From positions 156,544 through 220,543 of the forward strand of contig WJJZ01000010.1 in NCBI GenBank assembly GCA_014729395.1: a stretch of 64,000 nt of DNA, written 5' to 3'. The notes under the pieces are model-generated. The model worked only from the letters and a program-made list of their open reading frames with translations. It was not told the DNA's origin and did no database searches. The stretch comes from Candidatus Magasanikiibacteriota bacterium. GTDB taxonomy: Bacteria; Patescibacteriota; Patescibacteriia; Magasanikbacterales; UBA922. The translations under genes were made by a program, and so were the position numbers. This document shows positions 37,055 to 45,721 of this stretch, one piece after another (position 1 is the stretch's first letter; each line of letters starts with the position of its first letter).

Positions 37055-38422
37055 TTATAAATTTTTACTAAAATAATTCTCCAACTCCTCAACACGTACT
37101 CTTTCCTGCTCCATTGTATCCCTGTCACGTACAGTCACTTTTTTGTCCTCTAGACTATCAAAATCCACTGTAACACAATACGGCGTACCGATTTCATCTT
37201 GTCTACGATAGCGTTTTCCAATGCTGGCCGTTTCATCATATTGTGTCATCCATTTACCCCATAAATCTTTTTGTATATCCTGAGCCATTTTTTGTAATGG
37301 TTCTTTTTTTGATAAGGGTAGAATGGCTATTTTTATAGGTGCCAAATCCTTGTGCAGTCTTAAAACAACTTCTTTTTCATGTTTGGAATTATCACCACCC
37401 CTTGCGTCCACTTCTTGGTAAGCATCAATCAAAAAAGCCAAAGTTGCTCTATCGGCACCTTCCGAAGTTTCAATAATATTTGGAATAAATTCTTCTTTTG
37501 TTTCATTATCTTTGTAGCTCATATCTTCACCGCTGAATTTTTGATGTCTGGATAAATCCCAGTCACCTCTGTTATGAATACCGGCCAACTCTTTAAAGCC
37601 CATTCCCGGATAATTATATTCAATATCCAAAGCTGACTTGGCATAATGAGCCAACTCATGTTCTTCATGCTCTCTGAATCGTAAATTTTCTTTCTTAATA
37701 CCATATGAATAGTACCAATTCATTCTATCTTCTTTCCATTGCTCAAAATATTTATCAGCTTCTTTTGGATTTACAAAATATTGTTGTTCCATTTGTTCAA
37801 ACTCTCGGGTTCGGAAGGTAAAATGACCCGGTGTAATCTCATTTCTAAAAGCTTTTCCAATTTGGGCTATACCAAAAGGCAATTTATTTCTGCTGGAATT
37901 CAAAACGTTTAAAAAATTTACATAAATACCTTGACAGGTCTCCGGTCTAAGGTATATCTGACTTGCTTCATCTTCCAAAGCCCCCATAAAGGTCTTGAAC
38001 ATAAGATTAAATTTTCTGACATCAGTTAATGTTCCACCGCATTCCGGACAGACTACATCCCCCATTGAATTTTTGCCGGGTCTAAAATCAGGTTTTATGC
38101 CTTTTGCTTCCAATAAATGATCGGCACGCCACCTTTTTTTACAGTCTTTGCAATCAACCAGTGGATCAGTAAAACCATCAACATGACCGCTCGCTTCCCA
38201 TACTTTGGGATGCATTAAAATAGCCGAATCCAACCCGACTACATCCGTTTTCATTTGTACCATTGATTTCCACCAAGCTTGTTTAATATTATTTTTTAAT
38301 TCCACCCCCAAAGGACCGTAATCATAACATGATGAAAGACCGCCATAAATCTCGGAAGATTGGAAAATAAATCCTCGCCTCTTAGCAAAGGACACAATTT
38401 TGTCTAAGGAATCATCTTTCAT
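37055..38422 (-). CDS. glyQS: Glycyl-tRNA synthetase, alpha2 homodimeric (GlyQS, class II)
   Basis: FAKRRGFIFQSSEIYGGLSSCYDYGPLGVELKNN (class II motif 1 region), motifs 2 and 3, C-terminal anticodon-binding domain. I place the start at ATG 38420-38422 (MKDDSL); the ORF track uses an upstream TTG at 38461, which would overlap the leader terminator U-tract. Confidence 0.85.
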   Translation of the reverse strand: MKDDSLDKIVSFAKRRGFIFQSSEIYGGLSSCYDYGPLGVELKNNIKQAWWKSMVQMKTDVVGLDSAILMHPKVWEASGHVDGFTDPLVDCKDCKKRWRADHLLEAKGIKPDFRPGKNSMGDVVCPECGGTLTDVRKFNLMFKTFMGALEDEASQIYLRPETCQGIYVNFLNVLNSSRNKLPFGIAQIGKAFRNEITPGHFTFRTREFEQMEQQYFVNPKEADKYFEQWKEDRMNWYYSYGIKKENLRFREHEEHELAHYAKSALDIEYNYPGMGFKELAGIHNRGDWDLSRHQKFSGEDMSYKDNETKEEFIPNIIETSEGADRATLAFLIDAYQEVDARGGDNSKHEKEVVLRLHKDLAPIKIAILPLSKKEPLQKMAQDIQKDLWGKWMTQYDETASIGKRYRRQDEIGTPYCVTVDFDSLEDKKVTVRDRDTMEQERVRVEELENYFSKNL

Positions 38423-38461
38423 ATTTTTATTGATTATATCTAAAATTTTAATATTTAACAA

Positions 38462-38630
38462 ATAAAAAAAGTCGGCTACATTAGCCGCCCCGGGGTCTCA
38501 ACCGATTAACAGGTTGAGACGGTTCCACCCGCAGGTTTCACTCTTGTTAATTGTCTACTCAACTCCAAGGTTGCCAAGACCTTTTCATCGTTGGGTATAT
38601 TAAATATACCTTATATATATATTTTGTCAA
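38462..38630 (-). promoter_or_regulatory. Probable glycine-specific T-box riboswitch leader with its promoter, upstream of glyQS
   Basis: Minus strand: TTGACA-16nt-TATATT promoter; stem I region with specifier GGC followed by A (cttGGCAacc); T-box-like GGGTGGAACCG (UGGA would pair with NCCA of a U73 tRNA-Gly); terminator CGGCTAATGTAGCCG + U7 just before the start codon. Confidence 0.5.
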
Positions 38631-38727
38631 TCGCAAATTATTAATATTGACAAAAAGGGCTAAAATTGCTAAGAATTAAGACAAGACAAAAGTAAAAAGT
38701 TCTTTGACAATCAACAAGGAGTAAGCC

Positions 38728-39594
38728 ATGAAACCAATGTCACAGCAGTACAAAAGAATCTTTGAAAAAAACCATGTCGCCAACAGATATATAGAAAAAA
38801 TTGACATAAACATTGAAGATGAGAAAAAACAAAAACGAAATTCACTACAAAAAAATGATTCTTATTTCCTTTTTGTTTTTGCTGGCGTTGTTCTCTCATT
38901 CTTCGTATTTTTTTCTTTTGTAATACTCATTGGCGGGAGTACAATAAACTCTAACAATCTACCGTACATTACGGGTATTTACTGTATTATTATTCTTATC
39001 ATAATAATACTCCTCAAAAAGGCAATATCAAACAAAAGGGAGGATGACAATAAATATAAATCAGACAAGCAAAGATGCGCCACAGAAATCAAACGAATTG
39101 AAAGCAAGTGGGAGCAAAGAAAGCTCAATGATTGTCTATATCAAAGGGCTGCGTTGATTTGCTGGGCCATTGATGACTTCAAACGACGGTACCACATATA
39201 CCAGAAGTGGCATGACCGGGTTGACCTTGGGTATCAAGAGGTTGACGAGACGCAGGCAGAGGAAATTCGTGTTCAGTTGGAGCAAATCCATGATGTCCTG
39301 ATAAAAGCCCTTGATAATTTCCAAAGGGCCTGGGAGATCAAAAAAGGTCGTGAAGACCTGACAACCAAATATGCCCGTCTGACCGATGGTGAAGATAGCG
39401 GAGCCTTGTCCGAGCTAATGAGCATATTGGACGAACGAGTTGAATTGGTTGAACCGAATTTGAATGACGACGATCCATCGTCTATCTTGGAGGAATACGC
39501 CATTTTGGATGAACTGTCATCAGATGACCTCGAACGACGATTCAAGGAAATCGAGGAGGAACAACAAGAGGCTACAGAAACAATTCCGGCTTGA
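38728..39594 (+). CDS. Hypothetical membrane protein with acidic C-terminal coiled region
   Basis: SD AAGGAG upstream; 2 TM helices; 288 aa. Confidence 0.45.
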   Translation: MKPMSQQYKRIFEKNHVANRYIEKIDINIEDEKKQKRNSLQKNDSYFLFVFAGVVLSFFVFFSFVILIGGSTINSNNLPYITGIYCIIILIIIILLKKAISNKREDDNKYKSDKQRCATEIKRIESKWEQRKLNDCLYQRAALICWAIDDFKRRYHIYQKWHDRVDLGYQEVDETQAEEIRVQLEQIHDVLIKALDNFQRAWEIKKGREDLTTKYARLTDGEDSGALSELMSILDERVELVEPNLNDDDPSSILEEYAILDELSSDDLERRFKEIEEEQQEATETIPA

Positions 39595-39631
39595 ACCATA
39601 GGCGCCTATCACCAGATGAGCGCTTTTTTTA

Positions 39632-40243
39632 TTAATAATAATTATCCTTTTCCCAATTTTTTGGATTATGCCTGATATACCAACGGATCTTATTTAATTC
39701 CAATTCATTTCTGACAATTCGATCATGGAATCTGGACTGCCAGGCAAAATGATTTTGACCAAATTTTGAATTGATTCGTTTTCTGGCAGCCGATTTAAAC
39801 CCGCGAATGATTGATGCTAAATTGTGGGATTGTGATCCGAATTTGTTTGGGATCCAATTTTGTTTACCTCGTTGTAGAGACGCGCAGCAGCGCGTCTCTA
39901 CGGTGTGCGTATCGTCTTGCGATGTTTGAGCGCAGCAGCGCGTCTCTACGTCATTATCATCATTTTTATTAATAATAACAATTCCGTGAATGTGATTCGG
40001 CATAACAACAAATTCATCCAAAATAACATACGGCCTGATCATGGTCGTATTTTTCCATTCATCATAAACAATTTTTCCAATTTCTGACAATTTAATTCTA
40101 CTATTTTCAATTTCGCCAAAATAACAAAAATTTTTTTTCGTACAAATAGTCACAAAATAGGCCGCGTCTTTGCCATAGTCCCACCCGCGCAGTCTGGTAC
40201 TGGAAATTCTGTATTTATTTCTAAATAATGGTCCGCTTGACAT
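39632..40243 (-). CDS. REP-associated tyrosine transposase-like (RAYT / IS200-IS605 Y1 HUH family) protein, carrying an in-frame GC-rich palindromic insertion
   Basis: HUH motif MPNHIHGIVII; WQSRFHDRIV and catalytic-Tyr region IRWYIRHNPKNW align with E. coli RAYT IWQPRFWEHAIR...DYIYINPVKHG; 203 aa. Confidence 0.7.
   Translation of the reverse strand: MSSGPLFRNKYRISSTRLRGWDYGKDAAYFVTICTKKNFCYFGEIENSRIKLSEIGKIVYDEWKNTTMIRPYVILDEFVVMPNHIHGIVIINKNDDNDVETRCCAQTSQDDTHTVETRCCASLQRGKQNWIPNKFGSQSHNLASIIRGFKSAARKRINSKFGQNHFAWQSRFHDRIVRNELELNKIRWYIRHNPKNWEKDNYY
39874..39949. repeat. GC-rich 28-nt perfect palindrome GTAGAGACGCGCAGCAGCGCGTCTCTAC plus a 20-nt direct repeat of its right half 48 nt downstream, inside the RAYT-like ORF
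   Basis: Direct reading; encodes a duplicated VETRCCA peptide in frame. Confidence 0.8.
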
Positions 40244-40249
40244 AAAAAA

Positions 40250-40702
40250 TCATTCCTTCGAATCAATTATCAAAGTAACCGGTCCATCATTTATTAAACC
40301 AACTTCCATTTCAGCGCCAAAAATACCCGTCTCCGCTTGCACATTTTTTTCTCTTAATTTTTCAACAAAATAATTATACAATTTCTCTGCCTGTTTTGGT
40401 CCGGCTGCTTCAGAAAAACTTGGCCTGGTACCTTTATGGCAATTTCCAAATAATGTAAACTGAGAAACAACCAAAACCGAACCTCTTATATCCTTTATAT
40501 TTCTTTCCAAAAAAGAATCCGATTTTTTAGTATCCGGGAACAGTCTTAATTTTAAGATTTTGTCCACCAACCAATCGGCGTCTTTGTTTTCATCTGAACC
40601 ACCTACAGCTACAAACAATAAGAAACCGCGGGAAATTTCCCCCACGGTTTTATTATCAACTCGTACAGATGCCTGTTTAACCCTCTGAAGTACAATTTTC
40701 AT
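40250..40702 (-). CDS. dtd: D-aminoacyl-tRNA deacylase
   Basis: MKIVLQRV start, SQFTL and NDGPVT signature motifs; 150 aa. Confidence 0.9.
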   Translation of the reverse strand: MKIVLQRVKQASVRVDNKTVGEISRGFLLFVAVGGSDENKDADWLVDKILKLRLFPDTKKSDSFLERNIKDIRGSVLVVSQFTLFGNCHKGTRPSFSEAAGPKQAEKLYNYFVEKLREKNVQAETGIFGAEMEVGLINDGPVTLIIDSKE

Positions 40703-40704
40703 AA

Positions 40705-41256
40705 TTAAACTTTGTTGATTTCATTTTCCTTATCTTCGCCGATTTGTTTGATCATTTCATTATACTCTTTCACCTCTTCTTCCAAATTATCCAATAATTT
40801 AAACTTTTCATCTTCTCCAATCATTTTATTTTTATAATTTTCCTCTATTTCTTCTTTTATATCTTCTCTAATTTTCCTAACCACTATCCTGGCTTGTTCC
40901 AATTTTTGACTTAAAACTTTGATTAACTCTTGACGCCTCTCCTGAGTCAACTCCGGTAGAGGAAGTCTGATTAACTTTCCATCATTTACCGGATTTATAC
41001 CCAGCTGTGAATTCGAAATTGCCGAATCTATCTGCTGCAAAACAGACTTATCCCAAGGATCCACTACTAAAGTTTTCGCATCTGAAACAGATATAGAGGC
41101 CAAGGCTTTCACCGGTTGCTTTGTACCATAAGCTTCAACCGTTATATCTTCAACCAAGGCCGGTGTGGCTCTACCTGTACGTAAACCGGTCACTTCGCTC
41201 TTTAGGTGATCAATGGCTTTTTCAAATTTTTCTTTGTGCTTTTGTATCAAATCCAT
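40705..41256 (-). CDS. frr: Ribosome recycling factor
   Basis: LRTGRATPALVEDITVEAYG ... three-helix bundle sequence; 183 aa. Confidence 0.9.
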   Translation of the reverse strand: MDLIQKHKEKFEKAIDHLKSEVTGLRTGRATPALVEDITVEAYGTKQPVKALASISVSDAKTLVVDPWDKSVLQQIDSAISNSQLGINPVNDGKLIRLPLPELTQERRQELIKVLSQKLEQARIVVRKIREDIKEEIEENYKNKMIGEDEKFKLLDNLEEEVKEYNEMIKQIGEDKENEINKV

Positions 41257-41266
41257 ATTTAATATA

Positions 41267-42352
41267 TTAATTAGAAGGCAAAATAGTAAAACCCAGATAG
41301 ATTATATTATCCTTTTCCGGATGTATTCGCAAGTAAGTTGGAACTTGACCCGAAGGAAGCTTTTTTGTGGTCCAGCTTACTCCCCCGTCATTACTTCTAT
41401 AAAATATTGATTTACCTTTTATCGTCGCGGTATAAAATATTTCATCCTCATTATTGGGGTTTACTGCAAAACCATATATATCGGCACTACCGGGCGGTGT
41501 AATCAATTCAAAAGGCTGCCACGAATTACCGGCATCTTCTGATTTTAATATACCATAAGTGGAGATCCAATAAAGAGTGCTGGTTGAACTGGAGTGCAAC
41601 TCAAATCTTCTAAATTCGAGCGACTCTGCAAAATCATCAAAGGATTCTTCCAGCGACTGCCAGGTATCTCCCGCATCTTCTGTTCTAAACAATCCCTCAT
41701 CTTTTGATGCTACATACAACAAGTCTTTCTCAAGAGGGCTGGCTTTTATTTCAGCAAAATCACCATTTTTTACGCGAGCAACCACAGTCCAACTGTCACC
41801 ACTGTCATTACTTCTAAGTATTTCTCCATTAGCTTTGGTTATAAATACCTGATAAGGAGAAAACTGATTTATAGCTATCGAAGTAACCCGCGCACGCTCT
41901 CTTTCTTCTCTATGTACTTCCACCCATGAACGGTTACAATTTTCAGTTTTGAAAACACGAAAACCATTGGTCGCATAAACATTACACTGATCAGCGGGAT
42001 GAACGGCCACACTATAAATGAAACCTTTATCGAGCGGTGCAACACTATGCTGCCAAGTTTTACCCTCGTCATAAGTATAATACAAGCCGTTTTGTCTCGA
42101 AGCCCAATATATTGTTTTGGAATCTTGGGGATCGTTAAACATCCTATACACACTAACATTACTAAGTTGTTCCACACCTTCTGCTGTTGGCAACAGGGAT
42201 ATCTGCCTCCAACTATCACCCCTATCGGCCGTTACAAAAATACCGGCCGGTCCGCTTCCGCTTTCATTATTCCCTGACAAAGAAACACAACCTTGTCCGG
42301 TCAGGATCAATACGAAAGAAAAAATTCCAAATAAATATAAAATTTTTTTCAT
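41267..42352 (-). CDS. BNR/Asp-box repeat beta-propeller lipoprotein (Ycf48/sortilin-like)
   Basis: Lipobox LTGQGC; multiple S/D-x-D-x-G-x-T/S-W Asp-box repeats (DRGDSW, DEGKTW, DSGDSW, DAGDTW, DAGNSW, DGGVSW). Confidence 0.6.
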   Translation of the reverse strand: MKKILYLFGIFSFVLILTGQGCVSLSGNNESGSGPAGIFVTADRGDSWRQISLLPTAEGVEQLSNVSVYRMFNDPQDSKTIYWASRQNGLYYTYDEGKTWQHSVAPLDKGFIYSVAVHPADQCNVYATNGFRVFKTENCNRSWVEVHREERERARVTSIAINQFSPYQVFITKANGEILRSNDSGDSWTVVARVKNGDFAEIKASPLEKDLLYVASKDEGLFRTEDAGDTWQSLEESFDDFAESLEFRRFELHSSSTSTLYWISTYGILKSEDAGNSWQPFELITPPGSADIYGFAVNPNNEDEIFYTATIKGKSIFYRSNDGGVSWTTKKLPSGQVPTYLRIHPEKDNIIYLGFTILPSN

Positions 42353-42385
42353 ATATAAATTTAGTAATTAATAATAATATTTATA

Positions 42386-43336
42386 TTAAGGTAATCTTGT
42401 TAAAATTTTTTCCACAAGCAAACGTGGATGAATATTCCTGTCCAACATTTTTTTTGTTTCTTCAATAGTATCGATTATTTTTATCTGGTCTTTTTTATTT
42501 TTTACAAACTCTATATCCAGTTGAAAAATACAACTGGAATTACTAAAACTTTTCAATAAATTATCTCTTAATAGAAGCTGCCAAATATTTAATACAGATT
42601 TCAAGTTTTCCCTGGTTACAATATGGTCTTTTTTATCTCCAAATAAATGTTCAACTATCTCTATTTTTTTATAAAACGGTTTTTGAAATAAATAACAAAA
42701 ATTTTTAACTTCCTGTCTATAGTTCTCATAAGCGTCCTCATCATCAATCCACTTAACCGCCAAACCGGGCAAACCCAAACTTAATCGCGACATTTCTTCG
42801 GCTCGTTTTTCATCTATTTTTTTACTTATTAAATATGTATATATTTCCTTTTTGTCAACAGGAGCAAAATATATCGTTTGAGTTCTGGAAATAATAGTCT
42901 CCGGTACCGACTTCTGCTCGTTGATTATTAAAAAAATAACTGTATTAATACCGGGTTCTTCTAAAGTTTTTAACAAAGCATTGGCAGAACTATCATTCAT
43001 AATATCAGCATCATTGATAATTGCCACTTTATAACCTTTGTTAAGGGGTCGGGAAGACATAAACCTGCGCAAACCTCTGATCTGATCAATATCAATATTC
43101 TTTTTTGTTTTTCCGGTTTTTTGATTTAACTCTCTTTCAATTATATAAAAATCCGGATTTGTCTTTAATTTATCCTGTTCAACACTCAGCAAACGAGAAG
43201 CTATTTTTTTAGCAACGGTTTTTTTTCCAACAAATGGAGTACCGACGAAACAATAAGCATGACTTAGATTTTCTCTATCTATAACTTTATCAAAAAAATT
43301 CAAGACTTTTTTATGTCCTATTATATCTAAGTTCAT
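42386..43336 (-). CDS. holB: DNA polymerase III clamp-loader delta-prime subunit-like AAA+ protein
   Basis: Walker A GTPFVGKKT, EPG..TVFILI box, SRTQ (SRC-like) motif; 316 aa. Confidence 0.65.
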   Translation of the reverse strand: MNLDIIGHKKVLNFFDKVIDRENLSHAYCFVGTPFVGKKTVAKKIASRLLSVEQDKLKTNPDFYIIERELNQKTGKTKKNIDIDQIRGLRRFMSSRPLNKGYKVAIINDADIMNDSSANALLKTLEEPGINTVIFLIINEQKSVPETIISRTQTIYFAPVDKKEIYTYLISKKIDEKRAEEMSRLSLGLPGLAVKWIDDEDAYENYRQEVKNFCYLFQKPFYKKIEIVEHLFGDKKDHIVTRENLKSVLNIWQLLLRDNLLKSFSNSSCIFQLDIEFVKNKKDQIKIIDTIEETKKMLDRNIHPRLLVEKILTRLP

Positions 43337-43347
43337 ATATGCTTAGA

Positions 43348-44496
43348 TTAGCATATTTTTTCTTTTTTAACAATCACACCCAAAGTATCTGAGGCACATT
43401 TCTGCCAAGAAAATTTTTTTACTCTTTCCAAACCCAAAACTACCTTTTCCTCTCTTAAATTATTATCATCTAAAAATCTTTGTATGGTGGTGGCAATAGC
43501 GTCGATATTTGATGGATCTACATAAAGAGCCGCCTTTCCGGCCACCTCATTCAAACTAGACTCATCGGCAGTCACCACCGGCGTACCACAGGCCATGGCT
43601 TCCAAAACCGGTAAACCAAAACCTTCATACAAACTTGGAAAAACAAACAACTCGGCCGCATTCATCAAATAAGGCAGATCTTGCTCGCTTACCCAACCCG
43701 GCTGAATAATATCATCTTTATACTGACTGGTCCGGATTACTTGGGCAACTTTTTCGTAGCCAAAACCGGGACTACCCACAAGGAGTAATTGGAGGCTGGT
43801 GGCTGATGACTGAAGATTATTTTTCTGTTTGATAATTTCAAATGCCTTAACTATATTCACAGTATTTTTTTTCTCTTCCAGTCTACCAACTGACATCACA
43901 AATGGCTTTTTTACCTTATATTTTTTTAATATCTCTACAATCTTTTTTTCATCGTCAATTACTTTGTATTTTTTATCATAACCGTGTTTAATAATAAAAA
44001 TTTTATCATCCGGTCTCCGGTCTCCAGTCTCCAGTCTCTCTAATTCTTTTTTCGTAAAACCAGAAGGAGTAATAATTTTCCATAGAGTATTTAAAGCGTG
44101 CTTGGCCGACCAAAGCGAATACCATCTTTCGAACCAATTAAAAGATTTGGGGTATTTTGCCGCTGCTACATCATGTACGGTCATAATCGTTTTTTTGGGG
44201 TGGACAATGGGAAAGACATGAGCGGGAATAAATAAAACATCCGGAGGATTTACAAACATTTCCCAACTCAATCTTATCTGTGTCCACAGCCTTTTAGGGG
44301 GCCAATGTAGAACTTTTTCTTGCCAATTTACCGGCATTTCAGACAGTTGTCCCTGTAAAGGTTTATCAGTGTATAAAACAACCCGAACATTCTCGGGTAT
44401 ATTTTTTTTTAATTCCTGAATAAGCTGAAAAGCATAGCATTCCACACCGGTTTTTTGTAAATTGTTTGCACGAGAGGCATCTATACCTATAATCAT
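43348..44496 (-). CDS. Glycosyltransferase family 4 (GT-B, glycosyl transferases group 1)
   Basis: VGRLEEKKN ... EGFGLPVLEAMACGTPVV E-x7-E motif. Confidence 0.85.
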   Translation of the reverse strand: MIIGIDASRANNLQKTGVECYAFQLIQELKKNIPENVRVVLYTDKPLQGQLSEMPVNWQEKVLHWPPKRLWTQIRLSWEMFVNPPDVLFIPAHVFPIVHPKKTIMTVHDVAAAKYPKSFNWFERWYSLWSAKHALNTLWKIITPSGFTKKELERLETGDRRPDDKIFIIKHGYDKKYKVIDDEKKIVEILKKYKVKKPFVMSVGRLEEKKNTVNIVKAFEIIKQKNNLQSSATSLQLLLVGSPGFGYEKVAQVIRTSQYKDDIIQPGWVSEQDLPYLMNAAELFVFPSLYEGFGLPVLEAMACGTPVVTADESSLNEVAGKAALYVDPSNIDAIATTIQRFLDDNNLREEKVVLGLERVKKFSWQKCASDTLGVIVKKEKIC

Positions 44497-44507
44497 AAAT
44501 AATAATG

Positions 44508-44705
44508 CGAATATACGCCTGCCTGCCGGCAGGCAGGGATAATTCAGATTTACGGATCGTTTAGTCTATAAACCAATAAAATATTTACTATCAACTGTCT
44601 GTATTAATAGAAGTCCTTTATTTGTTAATGATACACTGGACTAACACCAATCTATCCTAAAATCCGCACCTGCCTGCCGGCAGGCAGGTTATCCGTATAT
44701 CCGTA
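44508..44705. repeat. MITE-like element bounded by two identical 20-nt perfect palindromes CCTGCCTGCCGGCAGGCAGG (44518-44537, 44669-44688) with about 10-nt inverted flanks (CGAATATACG / CGTATATCCG)
   Basis: Direct reading; GC-rich palindromes in an AT-rich intergenic region between mreB and the GT4 gene. Confidence 0.6.
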
Positions 44706-44710
44706 TCGTA

Positions 44711-45718
44711 TTATTTTGTAGCCAAAACACTTCTTTTGTAGCTATCCAGGTTTTCCAGAGCCACTCCGGTTCCTTTAGCGACACATAAAAGCGGCTCATC
44801 AGCAACATAACAAGCGACTCCTGTGGCCTGAGCTATAAGTTCATCAAGATTTCTAAGCTGTCCGGATCCGCCGGACATTATAATCCCTTTATTCATCACA
44901 TCTGCCGATAGTTCAGGCGGTGTTTTGTGTAATACGTCTTTTATAGCCTGTACCAATCCTTCCATATCATGTTGTAGCGCCTCTGTGGTATCATCTGAAC
45001 TGACCTTTACAATTCTGGGCAGGCCGGTAATCATGTCCCTGCCTTTGACATCCATTTCCAAGGGCTTATTCATAAACATAGCCGAACCAACAGTTATTTT
45101 TACTTGTTCGGCAGTTCTGTCACCAATTGCCAAATTATATTTTCTGCGAACATACTCGGCTATTGAGGTATCAAACCTGGTTCCACCTATTCTTACCGAC
45201 CCTACGGAAACGATTCCGCCCAAAGATATTACGGCGATTTCAGCGGTACCCCCACCAATATCGATTATCATGTGTCCTGATGCGCTTCCAATCGGAACGT
45301 CTGCTCCTATCGCCGCTACTATTGGTTCTTTTATAATATAGGCTGCACGCGCTCCGGCAGCCATTGCAGCATCAATAACCGCTCTTCTTTCCGTAGAAGT
45401 TATACCCGCGGGTACGGCCACCATAACTTCCGGCCTAAAAAGCCTAACAGCGCCTAATGCACGATTTATAAAATACCGCAGCATTGATTCCGTAGTCTTG
45501 TAATTAGCTATCACTCCGTCTTTAAGGGGACGCTCGGCAATTATCGTATCCGGGGTTCTACCAATCATTTCCTTTGCTTCAGAACCAACTGCCAAAACTT
45601 TTTTATCATCTTTGGATATTGCCACTACGGATGGTTCGTTTACTACAATTCCACGCTTCGGTAAATAAACCAAAACATTTGTTGTTCCCAAATCAATTGC
45701 AACTTTTTTTATTAACAT
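44711..45718 (-). CDS. mreB: Rod-shape-determining actin homologue MreB
   Basis: DLGTTNVLVY ... phosphate 1/2 and adenosine motifs of the actin/Hsp70 fold; 335 aa. Confidence 0.9.
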   Translation of the reverse strand: MLIKKVAIDLGTTNVLVYLPKRGIVVNEPSVVAISKDDKKVLAVGSEAKEMIGRTPDTIIAERPLKDGVIANYKTTESMLRYFINRALGAVRLFRPEVMVAVPAGITSTERRAVIDAAMAAGARAAYIIKEPIVAAIGADVPIGSASGHMIIDIGGGTAEIAVISLGGIVSVGSVRIGGTRFDTSIAEYVRRKYNLAIGDRTAEQVKITVGSAMFMNKPLEMDVKGRDMITGLPRIVKVSSDDTTEALQHDMEGLVQAIKDVLHKTPPELSADVMNKGIIMSGGSGQLRNLDELIAQATGVACYVADEPLLCVAKGTGVALENLDSYKRSVLATK

Positions 45719-45721
45719 AAA

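Noticed and set aside
44925-45341. Antisense ORFs within mreB (44925..45341, 45127..45336)
   Set aside because: They are fully embedded antisense to a highly conserved MreB coding sequence; spurious
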